This document shows, piece after piece, positions 39,223 to 55,000 of a DNA stretch of 64,000 nt. Below the pieces are notes generated by a model. That model saw nothing but the letters and a program-made list of their open reading frames with translations. It made no database searches and had not been told where the DNA came from. Origin of the DNA: Balanoglossus misakiensis (lineage: Eukaryota > Animalia > Hemichordata); NCBI GenBank assembly GCA_040954595.2, contig CM082596.2, forward strand, positions 591,468 to 655,467, given 5' to 3'. Position numbers and translations under genes: made by a program. The stretch's first letter is position 1. Every line of letters starts with the position of its first letter.

Positions 39223-42200
39223 TCAACACTTTGAAAACTGGACACTTGACTCAAATACAGTATTTTCATCACAATTAAAAATTGTGTATAAAATTGTACG
39301 ATTTGTAACCGATCTTACGAGAACATCCACAGGGAAGACAACTGTGCCAATATTTCCTATGGTGAAGTAATTGCTGTAAGAACCACTTGTTTTACGGTTA
39401 AGGCTATGATAATGTTCATCTTTGAAGATTGCTATATAGTCGATAGGATAGCGTGTGTCATATGCCAGAAGTCCGTAGAAGTCGAGAGGACATGGCGGCA
39501 TGAGCTGTTGAATGAGACAAGACAAGTGAAAAGATATAAGAAACACTTGCACCAAAGCTCATTCCTTAGTAGACAATATTATAAGGACGCAAAACAGGGA
39601 TAAAGTTAGCATAAAATGAGTGCCTACCTTGAACTTGATGTATATATTGTCTGGGCACGCCACCGGCAGTGACGTCACTGTATACGAACTAACAGGAGTA
39701 TCTGCAATGACTTTATGAACTGCGCTGGTGATCAGCATATCTTCTGATTGACATCCGGGACAATCAGACAACACTCTGACAACTGCAGAGCCGGTTGGGC
39801 CAATCAGATGTAAGCAAGCACCACACATCTGTTCAAGTACAACATTGCCATAGTTACTGTATAGGAAATGATCTGCTTAAGAGGAAAGAAAGTGAATTGT
39901 CCATTTATTCATAGAGGGCGTAATACTATTTTGAATATAGGCACGAATACATGACATCATTTATATGCTGATCACATATAATTAACATGCTACCTACCGC
40001 TGTGTGATAAAACACTTTTACAGCAACAGTCATTCTGAGTGGATCTTCGGGTGTATTGCACGGCGACCCGTTGATGGTATCATCAACTCTCACCATATAC
40101 TTTGTAGTCTCATTGCGACAACCATGAAATGCCAGTGCTACATGGAAATAGTGAAAGCGAGCGAAGATTAAGATAACAAACACAGTTGCATGCTCTTCAG
40201 TGTCGTTGGACATAAAATACGATGCAATCAAAACTTGAGTCTTCAGTTTAGGGTAATGGGGTCAGACCACAATTCCCGGGTCTTAAAACAGGGAAACAAA
40301 AGCGACTTAAATTCTTTAAGCAATATCTCACCTTGGTTGTTGCATTGCTGACCTATATATCCAGCCGTACATTTACAAATGAATCTTTCAGGAAAACAGT
40401 CATTTTCACACACTCCATTGTTTGCACATGGCCCATTGTTACAGGCACTGGTATTCTGTTGGAGAGACACAGTATATATAGAGAATATATTGGTGAAATG
40501 TCAAGAGAACTGACCATGAATAGACTCAGAAATCAGTCAGATAGCCCAGATTAATGGCTTTGAACGAACAGCTTGAACACAAGCTCTACCCCCAAAGCTT
40601 CATCTGGGCCATCTAACAATCCAGACATTCAAGTGAGTTCTTGCCTCAACGAGTTCTTAATTTCACAAACCGGCACCCGCATGTTTTTCTGGGATATTAC
40701 TGGTCACAGTGACAATACTTGACGGAAATTTCTCTGGAAATTACAGCAGAGACAGACGACGGGATCTAGAATTGATGTTTAATCGAGCGAGACAGGCCTT
40801 CTGGCATTACTTCCGCTTTTAATATAGTCAGTTATAATCGAATTGCTTCCGTAGTGATTTTGCAGTTTTAATCAAATTTCATTTTAAAGGTAAAAGTTCA
40901 CATTCACGTGTGCAGTGTTATTGGGGTCTGAGGGGGAGAGGGGGAGAGAGTCTATGTATAACATGCACCATAAAATGGAATGCAAGAAAGGGTATCCATA
41001 ATTAGACGTCAAACACAAATGATCTTTGAACTTACATTTGTCATTTAATCTACTTGCAAATGTACTTTAATCCATTAACAGTTCAGCGATCAACTGTAAC
41101 ATGCAGTCACCTATACATGCACCTTGTTATAAAATATGAAGTTCATGACATCACTGATGAATTGCAAGAAAATCCATCACGCAGAGCTTGTTACACATAA
41201 TGTCACAACACATTGTGTAGATGGTATTGATGAAATAAGTTTGAGTTCCGCTACCTTGTTCAAAGCCGAGCTATTCTAAGGCAATTTCACGTCAGCCCTC
41301 TGGGAAATTTGAACTTCATTTCACTGAAATTATTATTGACAAATAGCTCATACATATGAACGCACTTTTAATGCTAAAGTTTTAGATACACTTAATATGA
41401 TCGTTTTCCTTTCCTTTTAAAATTAATAATATGAAATTAGTCGACAATGGTAGCACACATTTCACGACGTATTATAAAGTGGTAAACTTCTCTATATCCA
41501 TTCTATAGAGCAGGTTGTCTGTTGTTTATCAGTGGGCGTACAATGTCGTTTGAGCAGGAGATTTATCACAAACCTCTGAATCATTCTTACTAATGATAAA
41601 TGCGATATCTAGGCATAGGATGCAATTGTGAAAGCGTTTTGCCCCTTGGGAAATAAGCGAGACAAATTCCATAAATTCAGCTCATAATATATAATCAAGC
41701 AGACAGAATATGACTGGCCCTCAACTTGTCGTCATTTGTTTTAAGGTGAAAGGTGTTCGGTTCTCATAAAATTTCACCAATTCTCATTTATATTATGCGT
41801 CATGCATTACCAAGAAAAGCAACGTACTTCAGATTAAGAAAACTAGAAAGGGAATGACTCAAGTCGCTCACTGATTATAGTGTTTTTTATGAGATGGTCT
41901 ATACTTAGTATTACATGAAATGCTGTCCATGCATTCCTGAGCGGCCAGTCTTTTAGTGATATACTGTCACTTGTCACTATAAATCCAATCAATTTAGTAG
42001 ACGCTGACACAACCAGATACTGTAAGTCTTCATCATGTGCTGTATCTATTCTCGGAAAGACTAAATTATATTGATAGCAGCGAGGCTGTAATCTCGGAAT
42101 GCAAGTGTAGGATGGATTGATAGGATATGATTGAAGAACCAATTTCCAATGAAAATGACCCGCCTTTCTTATAAAACATGTTTACTACAGATGTCAGAAA

Positions 42201-43873
42201 TTGTCTTCTGGAAATTGCACTGGTAATATTGTGGTATTCTTTGAAAAAAAATGATACAATACATTGCTTAAAACTGACAGTGAAATTAATCAGTTTGAGC
42301 AAGCAATAAATCTGATGATGCATGAAACTGCCAAAAATCACTAGTTCGTTATAATTAACTTTCGTTCTGCTGATATGACGCGCATAAAATTGTGTCTCCT
42401 AGTCATGGTGTTACTTTTCTTCTATCCAATATTTCACAGACATTAAAGTAGAAAGATTAACATGCTCACAACATAATGGACAATTGTAGCTGTAGGGAGA
42501 GTCGACGAACTAGATCTAGATGCAAACATGATGTAAACAAACAAAACAAGACAAGACAGGGCAATGTTAGCAGACTAATATTTATGTAATTATGAGCAGC
42601 ACACACGTATATGCTCCTCAATATAACCTCCTACCAGAAGTATCAATATTTTCATAAAAGAGGCATTGATATAGAGATAGTCAAGATCAAATTGAGGTGA
42701 AAGGTGTCAAAGACGTGATGCAAATGAAAAAGACGAGTGATTGCAAGACTCAAAGCTCAGTACACCATGCTTTGCGATAACACTTGCCAGATAGAAGTAG
42801 AAAATAGATTAAAATCACGATGGAAATAGACAACTTAAGTGGTTTGGAAAGGAAGTATCGCTGTTTGGTTCCAATTTATGTCGACAAATAAATTTACCTT
42901 GGTTTGTTTTTAACGTCATACTTATAAAGTACAGTTTACGTGTGACAATGATAAGATGGCCCAGTCAAAGCATCAGACCAAATCTCGCGAGATTAACCGT
43001 GATTAAACTTAATGAGCTTTTTCCATTAAAATGCTTGTTTTCCTTACTCCAATAAATGCCTGTCCGTTTGTTCGTTTGCAGATATCACAGAAAAGATCAT
43101 GCACGTTTTCTAAACATGGTCATACATCAATGTCTCTCTTCAGACGTGTTTGATTTTCACAATTGGACATAAGAATATTGTAAATAGTTATTTCCCATAT
43201 GTTGCGGTTAAATTTTTACTTGCCCTAAGGCAAGCATGAAATTCCTACCATCCGATGTTTATTCTACGGTTTGTTTTTAATTTCAACGACAGTGCAGAGG
43301 TCATCTCTGGTTTGAGGCTGAATCTGAAATAAGACTTAGCTACAGGTTATACTCGGATTGCTTGTATCGCCGGAAACAAAATTTAGGTATTGGACCAATT
43401 CAAGGTTAAATCATCAAAAAACAAGGATTTTCTTAAACATGACATAGTCTTCATGTCATGAGTCCTTCGTCAATGGTTAATTCTCTTTAAACAAAAGACG
43501 TCAACGTATTTCAGAGACGGAAGATGAATGCATACATCACCTGATGTAAGTTGAAGTACACATTTGCTTCAAAATACCAAACGCCTACTTCAGAGAGGTA
43601 ATCCTGTGGGCTCATCTCTTTTGTCGATGTGCTTAATTCACACCTGCTTTCTCGTCTCCAGTAGTTGAAAGACTGGCATTCTGGATATCTGTTGCATTCC
43701 TCTCCACATTCCACGGCACTGAAAGTTTGCAGGACCCTGGAAACATGATTGGAAAGGTGTTTGTCTTTGTAGATTGGTAACATGGCATTGTTGGACAGGG
43801 TCAGTGCAGCACGGAAATGGAACACAAATCCGAACAGGATAAGAAGCTCTTCTAGTGCTCGCAGCCGAGCCAT
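39223..43873 (-). CDS. Secreted PAN-EGF-expansin-like protein, copy 1, 359 aa
   Basis: Exons 43873-43541 (signal plus PAN), 40455-40332 (EGF), 40137-39998, 39828-39628 (CGACLHLIGPTGSAVVRVLSDCPGC, double-psi barrel) and 39504-39223 (CBM63-like, ending VQFSKC); phases 0,1,0,0 are compatible. Confidence 0.8.
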
Positions 43874-46800
43874 TGTGCTTTGAATTGCGTCACTGCACTC
43901 TTCAATTGCAAGCTATGATCACATATGCCGCCCACAGCAACTTCCAACAGGCGTTCAGATATTATGAGTGTTTTGCCCGGAAATCACTGCCTTTCTGATT
44001 AGTTGAGAGTTACTAAACTGCGCAGGTCACACTCACTCATTCATAACGTTTCTGTCTTTCCAGCCACTCAAAGTATGCTCCGTTTATCCTGTTTCCATCG
44101 TCATTCTTTTCTTATTTAACATCATCAATTTTAAGCAAGTAGCCTACTCATTTATGTCAATCTCAAGAATTAAGAGCAATACGGGTATTTACTATCCTCT
44201 TTTTAGATACACAAAGAATTGTTGTTCCCATAAACAAAAGCAAAACCTTGATGAGCAGAGTTGTGAGCAAAGCGCCCTCTAATGATCTTCCCCACTTTTT
44301 CAGTCGCGGTAGAAGTGCCTCACTATTGGTTTATAATGGTTCACGATTTCAAAGTCCAAAAAAGTTAACTACATCAGTCAATGCGGGAATAAAGCGCCTC
44401 ATACAAGCAACTTTGTTACTGTAGTCATGGTTTACAACAATCACAGTGACGTTGACAATAAAATGGTGTATACTTACAAGCAGTCTATGATCGAGATACA
44501 CCTATACACTATAGCGTGTGAAGTCTGTACGCTGCAAATCTTGACTTGTGTTCAGGTGTTTGAGTTTTATAGGTTGAGATTACTGAGCTTAGGCACTGGG
44601 ACCCGAGTTTCTTAACTTCTCGAATATACCAATCATTAAGGATGTTGTGTTCATGCAAGGCAAAAAGATTTATTACTTATTTCAAGAATTGTAAAAGCTG
44701 CCATAAAGAAACCATTGCAGTAACCGTCAATCAATCATGCTTTGAATAGTGTACAGGCTGACCTGAAGGATTGGATAGCCATGGCACATTTTGCTTTTGT
44801 TGTATTCATTGGAATCTGTTCTTCACCTTTGCTTCAAGGGCATGTTCAGGAGACCGACCACAACACGTGGAGGGGGGTGGGTGGGTAGGGGTAGGTTGCT
44901 TCAATCCATGTTGGATTGTTACTATCTGGAAAACCTTGACTTGTTCTTTATATCTGCAAATATAAACATCTTTCAGTTATCAATCAAACAGAAAATAAGT
45001 GCTTGTTGTGAGAACTCAAATATTAAATTCGTCATGAGAGAAGTCATGATCTCAATCACGCTCCCGCGTTGTAAGACCGAATTTGGGTCGACGTTACACC
45101 GTTTGTTTACTTGGGGTATAAATTGCAATTTTCTCCTGGATTTAATTTTGATTAAATAGGAGATTGGTGTTATTGGAAAATTTTGAGCTGGTTTGGAAAC
45201 TGTCAAGAAATAAGCGATTGATGGCTTCTAGTTGCATTTCCCGAAATAACACCACTCACGTGACTGATATATTTTACAAAATTGCTGTCTATCGATTAAT
45301 TAGATTCTGGAAACTGGTATTTACAAAAAACAGATATAAAAGGAATGCCTTCCCCTGATTTGAGAGACCTTTTTTTTCACCCACAACTGCTTTTAATCAA
45401 GTGAAAGCATGTTGATGCATGAGATTGTACGATCTACGGAATTGACGATGGAATTGGTGATTACTGCAGGCGTTGAGACGTCATTATTGTTCCTAACATT
45501 TCTCATCAATCACCAATATACTAGAACACTGCACAGTGTGGTTCAGTACTTCGCCCTCAAGATGAATTTAATTCCTTAACCATGATCGAGATGAAGATGT
45601 ATATACACCACCTAAAACAGACAATATACGGAAATAGGCGTAGCGATTCAAAATTCCAAGAATACTCGAATAGAATTTATGGATGAGATATAATACAACT
45701 GCCTTCTTGCTTTAACTGTCAAGGTAAAGCTGATCCTGTTAAACCTATCAAAATATGAAATAATTTCATCTACACTAATCAGGTTATAGATTGAAAGTTA
45801 TTCATGAGCAATTGTTATGTATTATACTGTGCATGATGTTCATTTGAAACATATTTTGAATGACAGATTTCATTTTCAAGACTTGTCGTACCTGCGTTTG
45901 CCACTAAAATCTGCTTTGTTTCGAATAAAAAATTGAGTTTTTATCAAATTCTGTCTAAGCATCTAATCATTACATTATCGGATCCTGTAGGAGTAATTTT
46001 CTCTCTATTGAAAGAATTGTGCATTCTCTGTACATGTGAATTATCTTGTCACTATTCAATGTCATGACAACTGCATCATCTAATTAAAATGTACATCTTG
46101 ACACATTGTTAAACATTCATTTGAATTCATCTTAATTGTAATGGGGGAAATCTCAATGGTGTGAATTCGATTGCTTGGAGTGAAAACCAAACCAGTAATT
46201 TTGGTAATTATTGGTGTTAGAAGACATTTTCATAGAAACAACTGCACTTCTTTTAATTCACAACACGCATGAAGTGATCATGGAATAATTAAACAGTCTG
46301 ACAAATGGCATGTACTTGAACCAATCGGATTAGGGGTCACTTCAAAGTAAAAAGAGTTCAACTGTCAATCATTCCTAAAGCTTAAAATCAATGTTGCGCG
46401 CAGACTGCTGTTATAGCACCCTGGGTCTCTGGGAATTAATTTGCATAAGCAATTACCAAGAACCATGGCAAGATCACGTTTTCTTTCCTTAATTCGTCGA
46501 TAAATGGAGCTTAATTCATGTCTTGTTATACCCACGGTTTTGTCTAATGGAGAACTATATATATGAAACAAAACGCGTAATTCAACCTGACAAAAAAATG
46601 TACTACGGAAACATAAGCTCACTTCCCTTACTTTATCAATTGATTGAAAGACGGCACACAGTCAGAATAATAGAATTCAAATCAGGAAATATCAATTAAG
46701 CAGTGCATCTTTGATAATATGCTTGGCGCCGCGCGAGAGTGGACTTTTAATTTTCTACGCCTGCAAGTCTCTAAAAAATCCATTGAAAGAAATTAAGTTT

Positions 46801-49051
46801 CAACCACTGTGTGCATTCTGATACCTCTTGGATCTGGTGATAACAACAGACTCATCGGACAACTGTTCACGTATTCTGATCAGTGAACTTTTGGGTGAAA
46901 CGCTTTTTCTTAATCGTGTGAAAAGAATCTCTATGTCATATAGAGTTGTGGATGCTTATAATTCTGTTTTCAACTCACGTCAAGCTCTTCTCACATGCAT
47001 ATCGACCATTTGCAAGATTAAAATTTATGTGACATGTTAGATTATAAAAGGATGTCTAAATATTAGTGTTGATTGGGGTGGAGAAGGTTTTCAATTGCTT
47101 ATTTGCAAAAAATTAGTACGGCAATGAATGTACAGATTGAAAAATTGAAACAATTTATCGGAAAGACGCCTAGTTTGTGATTGCCGTAAATAATGACGCA
47201 AGTGGTTAACGAAGTCCACTTAACTTATAACAAGCAAGTCTTTTCACGTAATAACCTTTCTAAGCAAAACATATGGCAGCTAGTGATGTTCAACAAATGG
47301 TTTATCGTGTCTTTCACAAAGAGGATAGAGGTATGTACATTTTGAAACAGATTCATTTTAGAGTTAAGAGATTTGTAATATAATAACCATGTTCAAATCA
47401 GGAGGTATAGTTCTGCTGACATGCATGTCTATTATAGAGTATAAGCTTTTGAATTAACACAATTCCAATCCCTAATAGGAGTGCCCGAAGACAATCTCAT
47501 CTTAGTCCATCCAGACTCAATCTAGAAAGTCAAATTTGTAGTGTGTTGAAGGGGAGACGGTGTTTGCTTTAGTCGAACTATTGGAACCGATAAACAATCA
47601 AAGCTGTGATAAAATATAATTCAAATATTTAAAAGACCTAACTGGTTGGGAACAGTTTTTCCCTGAGGTGCATATTTTTACTTGTAAACTATACTTTCAC
47701 ATCTGCCATTGTTCTTAATTTGTGACGTCATCGCGACTGGCGGTCTCTTGTCAAGACTGAGGGACGCCGTGAGCTGTAAGAACACCGAATCCATCATCAG
47801 ATCGACCTAAATGTTACCGCTTACAGAAAGCATATTATTCATATCGATGGTGAACCGATGTGTACAAAGGTGACCAGTGGAGTGCACTTTCCATTTAACT
47901 AATTCAATACAATCACTCACAGTACATGATACATCTTTTGCGGTACAGGCGATCAAATACAAGCACACATTTTCTGTGAGATAAAGTTGGTAATCTATAT
48001 CAATATGAGCACTTCTTGTTACAAAATATGACGATAAATTCTCCATTTCAGTAAATGTCATGACTAATGGTCTGCATCGACGTGTTTACAAATCGATGGG
48101 TTGGTGGGAAATTGTTAGGATGTTCCTTTGATGTATTGCTTGTATGCATTGAAAATACAGACTGTGGAAATTCATCATCTTTATCTTCTGGAAAACATCA
48201 CAGCGTGACAGCATCGTATTTGTACATTAAGCAGTTCCATTTTCACACCGTATTTATATCACCAACCACAGACATCGGTACAAGGGCACGGATTTAGACG
48301 GAACGTAGTGCAGCTATTTCAATCAAGTGTCATAACATATACACCCGCAAGACGTCAATATATCTCGTATCAATCTACACAGATGATCAAGAAACAATCT
48401 TTCCTCGGTACTTACATAGACGTTATTAAGGTGATGTAATTCAATAAAACAGCGTTATTTAAGAGCTGATGGAGGCGAGAAACAGGTTTGTGTAATTTTA
48501 AAGCCATAACCGTCATCTCCTTGAGAAGTGTTAGTGAATGTATGTTAATGCCATCTAATGGTGCATGGCCACCTGTCGTAACGAATAAAAATTCCTCCAT
48601 CAGCAAACAGTGGCAGGCAGATCACTCTTTATCATCAAAGTACACATGTCACACAATCTCAAGCCTGTTTTATTCACGAAAAAAGCATTCCCTGATTTGA
48701 GGTATAAAAAGTGCATAATCTCAATACATACACGTAAATTACGTTCGTATCTTCAAACATGATACTCGTTCTTTAATATCTACACGACTTTAAGTTTCCA
48801 TGAAGCAAAAAATAAAAATAATTAATTGTAATATTTATCTGTGTTGTTTGAAGGTTCAAATTTACAGTGGGGTTACTGTGTTCGAAAAATTAATTAAAAA
48901 TAGTCTATTGACCTAATATTGTTCTTGGGGGTACACTCACTATAAACATTAAATTTGCTTTCTAGTCATTTAGCAAGAGAATTTGTCCTGCAGGGAAATC
49001 TCCACAGATAGCTTAACAGTTGGACATTATTTAGGGGTGTAGAACAATGAT

Positions 49052-52000
49052 CTAACAGGGTGTAAACTGACTGTTTGTATTATAAATGATAGCATCTTGA
49101 CAATTGGCCAGTGTATATGTGACAGTTTGGTTTGTTGAAGAGTGTATCCTGATATCCGTCGGTAAGTTGATTGCGGTGGGGATGTTGAAGTAATTGCTGT
49201 AAAGTCCACTTGTTGTTCGCACAAAACTGTGCCATTGCGAGATTTCCAAGATTTCCATGCTTGCAATCGGGTGCAGTGAGTCGTAGGCGACAAGTCCATA
49301 GAAACCCAAGAAACACGGTGGCATCATCTGGTAGAACAGAAATAAACAAACAAAATTATGCAAAAGAAAACATACACAAATAGCCCTTGTTTCGTACTTT
49401 GGGACATCCTGTAGGACCCAATCAGGTTTTTGAATATAGATGGGTATGATGTGTCATTCTGCTCTATAGAGAGAGATCAACATGAAGCTTTACATGAGAT
49501 ATTTACCACAGGGGCTAGGCTTCTTACAAACATGAGTAAAACAATAATAACAGTTTAATTCTAAATGAAAATGAGCAGTATATGACCTTCAACTTGATGA
49601 ATCCCACATTTTGGCAGGCCACTGGTTGTGCTGACACAGTAAATGAACTGTTTGTATTGTTTGCTATGACATTTCTGACAGCTTCGGTCACCATCAAATC
49701 TTCATATGTTGCACATCCGGGACAGTCAGACACAACCTTTACCACCCCCGTCCCTGTTGGACCAGTCAATTCCAAACAAGCCCCACAAACCTATAAGATG
49801 CAGAAAGAAGATGGAAGATGGAAACTAACACACACGTTTAACCACTAATGCCAACTGTTGACATCACTGTGAAATTATGAGTAGACAGTTGAAACATTTC
49901 TTTCAATTAGCATATTGTCACACAGAGAGTCGTTTTCACATACGTCAGTGTCTTGGAAATCCTTTATGGCCACCATCATTCCATCTGGGTCACTTGGTGT
50001 GTTGCATGTCTGACCAGTGATGGTGTCATCAACGCTAACATTATACACTGTAGGACCACCAAGGCAACCGTACACTGTGGACAATAAGAACAATAAATCT
50101 TTTATCATTTCACAACATACTTGGCCGACTGCATACTAACACTCATTTCAGTGGACCGGTCTGAATCATTGGGATGGGAAAGTGGCTGAATGTATTCACC
50201 ATTAGAGAAATGACTTTCGTAAAGAACTCTGCAAATACACCCCACCTTCCTGCTCGCATCGCTGGCCGCTGTAGTCTGGTGGACACTGGCAGATAAACCC
50301 ATCAGAACTACAATCTTCTTCACAGACGCCGTTGTTATAGCAAGCATCTTCAGAACATCTACCGTTGGACTACAAGCAAGAGCACATCAAATGTGAAACT
50401 TTATTAGTCTAGCTAAAATGGTAATAATATCACTAAACACATGATTGACAAATCCGCAAGACTCGTTTATAGATAGAAAGTGCCACTCCTCTTTCTTTGC
50501 AATAAAGTCCACGACCTTTGCTATCAAATGTTAGATCAGATAATACACTTGTACGTGCAGAGTGATTATGCTGTATGTCGACTGGGTTTCTACCATCTTT
50601 GGTAACAAATGTATATTAGTGTAAAAGGGGTTAAATGATTGGTACAGGAACAACCTGAACACCACATGACAACCGTAACATTTACCAGACTAGCTTACAT
50701 CACACGCTGTGACCGGATTTGGGAATAATATAAAGAATTAAATGGACCATCAGGCTGGGTTCAATTTGTTCTGAGAATTGAGTAATGTTCTGTCATCAGT
50801 GAAGGGCACGCACAGTTTATGTTATCGAGCCTAACTCTGATTGACTATGGACTAATGGTACTGTTGAGATCCAATTTGAGAATGGTGGTACTGACGATAT
50901 TAGTTTAGTTAATTGTGCTTTCAATCAAATCCGTCATTCCTACAGAGACATAACACTTCCAATATGTCAGTTACGGGAGCCATAGAAAAGAACTAGACTC
51001 TAGAAATTACATTTTCTTTAAAGGTTATTCACTATAACACTCTCGAGGGGAACCTTTAGTGACACTTTAATGGTTAAGGTGTCCAGGTCATATAACGGCC
51101 ACAAATTCTACTTAATGATATGGTCTTATGGGGAAACCAATTATGATTGAGGTCTCAAAATAAAACGATTTGGAAATATATATTAATACTTCAGTCTTTT
51201 CATGATTTTATCGCGTGTGTATTCAATTATTGAAGTGAGCTGATTCTATTAAACACGCGACTAAAATTAAACATATCTTTGGCCTAGCAGCTGTTTACAT
51301 AAAGGATAATTCATATTGTCATATATATACACATATGCACACATATACGATGTATATGTGTGCGTGTGTGTGCCTGCCTGCCTGGACAACTCTGTTTGTT
51401 GTTGTTGTTTCCTTGAGAACAACTGTGTACAGGCCTACTTATCACGATAGTGGCTCAGGTGTGACCAAAGGGCTGATTTTGTCGAGGTGATGAACCGTGG
51501 CCAATATTGCCGTGTGAATAATATTATGATGCAATTTTGAATCCAAGGCTATCAGCCGGGTTAATAGCTGTCGACATTAAGTAGATTGTAAGATTTTCAC
51601 AGATTTGAGAGGGTGCGGTTCCCTTCTTGTTTCTGCGATGTGGCCATTTTTATTTGTTACTTGTGCATTTGACACCTGCTGCAATATCCCTGAATTGAGA
51701 TTGTAAAGATTGGCACAAAGAGTATACGTCACTTCAAAGGAAGCGCCATCACAGTCGGGGAGGGGGTGTCAATATTAAAAGACGTCTTATTGACAGTTAT
51801 AAGCTTGCAATTGCGACATGTTTTCAATTAAAGAAAAAGTGATACTGTGGGGAGGTTTCCAGTTTGCGTGATGGTAACCATATGGTATAAGGTGCATCTA
51901 CCACACTGTGTAATGACCATGTGTTATACTCTCAACTAAACTGACAATTGACTATTGTCAGTTGTTCCTTAGCATAAATCAAGACTTTGATATATCATAA

Positions 52001-55000
52001 TGTATATCTCTGCACCATATTTTATCAAATGTGATGAGTTTTTCATGCCAAAATGCGGTCTAGAACCACACTGGCACTCGTTGCAATACGACTCAAAGAA
52101 GCGGCGATATCGGGCAATAACCTCAACGTGAACAGTGTCACTGTTGTGCACATGTCTGCTCTGCAATGTTAACAACAGGAAGTATCACTGTTTGAATTAA
52201 CAGAAAAATATATAATAATGTACTTCATGAAATTACCAATTTCCAAACGCCATTGAAAGCTATTGAGATATTATAGAACTGCGTGTTTTCTTCATGATTC
52301 AGCGTCATGCGGTGATACAAAGAGAATATTGGATTGGCTGGCAGTGTGGTAAACATATCAAATAATACCTTGTGGACAGGATTTTTATTTCGGGAAGTGT
52401 ACGACAGGAAACAGACTTGCCTGATGTCCATTACATTTTCAATAGGTTTTAATTACTGTTATTGCAATGTTGTTGTATCTCGGTTACAGTTTTTCTGTTT
52501 AAAACTTCAGAACCACAACCAAATCAAACGAAAGCAGCCTTGTACCTATGAATTGTTTGAAATGAGTCGATCACGAACCTTGAATTACTATCCCCCATTA
52601 TAACACATCAAAATTTAAAGACCCCATACTACTACATGAATTTTGAAAGAGTAACCGAATGCTGTTATATAGTACGCGGCAACCTCAACAACAAAGTCTG
52701 TATGGATCAGTCTTCGGCATCCTTTGTAGAAAATATTGGAAGGAGAAATTAAAACTGATTAGCCATTTTTACTATAAGACCACCTAATAGATTCGGAAGG
52801 TGAAAATCAGCAAAGTGGCTTAAAAGCCAAAACAAGTCCGCACAAATTACAGGTTCATAAAACCCTTTAACGCAACTGTTCGGTGACGGAAAAGTCTTAA
52901 TGAATGCATTACCGCACTCTACGCGTAAACATGAACTACACTGTCCTTTATAGAACCTTCCTTTTAAAGTACTTTGTCCCCGTCTCGTAATTTGTTTTTT
53001 TCAACTCAGGAAATTTCTCCCAGTATATATCACTTTTCTTACAAAATATTAAAACGAAACAAGGTACAATTTATATGGCCAATTTGGTCATTGCCGAGGC
53101 AGCATATGTACTGGAATGAACCCATTCTCTCTTCCGCCTCGAAAAGTGTCTATTAAGTTGTCTTGTATTGGCGCTAAGGTCTCTGGCGCGACACATGGAC
53201 AAACAAACCTAACTTTGTAACAATGACATTTATCGATAGCAGTTATAGAGGTGTTGTTATTCACAAAATTGTCCGCTCCAATTCCAGGTTTGATTGTGAA
53301 AGGAAAAGAACACAAGACCATTTCATTAGTGAGCCCAATCATTCCACTTAATGGAGTCGACTGGCAAGTTGTAGGTGATGTGGAAATCAGTTGATCGAAC
53401 AAACATGGTAAAATACCAAGGTTACTTTTGTGGCTTGTAAGACAATTATTTAGTGTGGGCATTGTTGGTAACATTTGGGTAGACTGTATACTTCTGCAGG
53501 TGGCTTTTTCACAAACACTCGTATTGGTCAACTAAAAACACTGTGCGCAACGGTTATACGTTGTGTACGACCACTAGGTTTCATATTAGACTCCCAGTTG
53601 TAAAACCCAAAGTAGAGATCATAAACCTGAAGCATTGCTGTAATTATTACTGAGGTAATCGAAGGATATAGTTTTTCATCATTACGGAGATTAACACGAT
53701 CGCGATCATAAACAAGTACCGAAAGACAGGGTTTATGACATGGTTATCGTAAAGCTCTACTTCACTGCATACAGATATGTAGTCATCAATTTGAAGAAAG
53801 GGTCTGTTACGTTGATGGATTTGGATCCTCATGCCGTTACATCATCTTTGTCTGTTTTATTTCTTGTCCTCATATGTTACTTCCTAATCCATGTGTGCAT
53901 GTGTGTGTGGAATATCAAAATTTTGCGAACTTAAAATTCCAAGTGACCAAGCAACGATGTCAACCCTGAGCACAATTAAGTAAAATGGTGACGTTCTACT
54001 TCAAAGAAAAAGGAACAATGTTGACAACCCATGCGTAAAAATGCCCGAAAACATTGATGGATAAAAGTAGCCATCCGTGTGATTTCAATATAAGTGCCCT
54101 CAACTATTTAAACTTTATAGTCGTGGGTCATAAACATTTTTTCTGCTGTAGGAGTTTTACGACATAATCAAGTTACGCCGTTGATGCAATCAAAAACACA
54201 AACCTAACTCAGTGTTGCTGTGAGAAGTTATAAAATACACAATGTCGTACAGATTTTTACCTTAGAATTATATCATACGTCTAGATTAATTCTGATCCAG
54301 TAGTCCATGAATCAAGGTGTAAAACACGAATGCGTGTACAGCATCACATCTACCCTATTTTGCTGCGAGCTCTAATTTCAAAAATTAAAACGTTTTACCT
54401 TGAAAGAAAAACTAAGAGCTGCTACCTTCATGTTCTGAGGGAAATACCCTTTTCAACTTCACCACGATGTGAAGTTTAAATTTGTCAAAGTATGGAAACG
54501 ATAGCAAATATTGACTCTCTGAAGTGAAAATAAATACCGCATTAGAATCTAATGTCTGTAAATGGTGCATGTAATTATCTAGGACACAAAGTGGAAACTG
54601 GGATATTTTTTTAAAATGCAAGCAGCGGTTGATGAAACGAGCAACGGGTTGTTAAATGGACTGGCAAATTTGATCACACACCTCGTGTGGTTACAAATTG
54701 AAAGCTTGACAGGAGCTGAACATTTCTTTCATTAATCCAGCATGACATCACCATGGTAACCACCAAAAACTCAAAGTAATCAGAGCGATGGGTCGGCGCA
54801 TGAGGGAGAAGGTGTAAGTATTTAACTTCAACAAAAGTAGGAGTTCGTTTCACGCCCATCTTTGCGGTTGCTTCTGATTCAGTTCCTTTGCAATGAAATC
54901 TCTGATTATTTTCATTAATGTACAAGTGGTGACGAGCACAAACGAGACCAATGCAGAATCAACCAGTTCAGTGTCCTCAAGCTGTAAGTGCTGAGATGAT

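Noticed and set aside
41843-42142. 99-aa ORF faintly resembling a LINE ORF2 tail
   Set aside because: The similarity is too weak to support by eye.
53088-53531. 147-aa minus ORF and a faint PAN-like plus-strand frame
   Set aside because: No recognisable domain, a non-ATG start and an incomplete Cys pattern.
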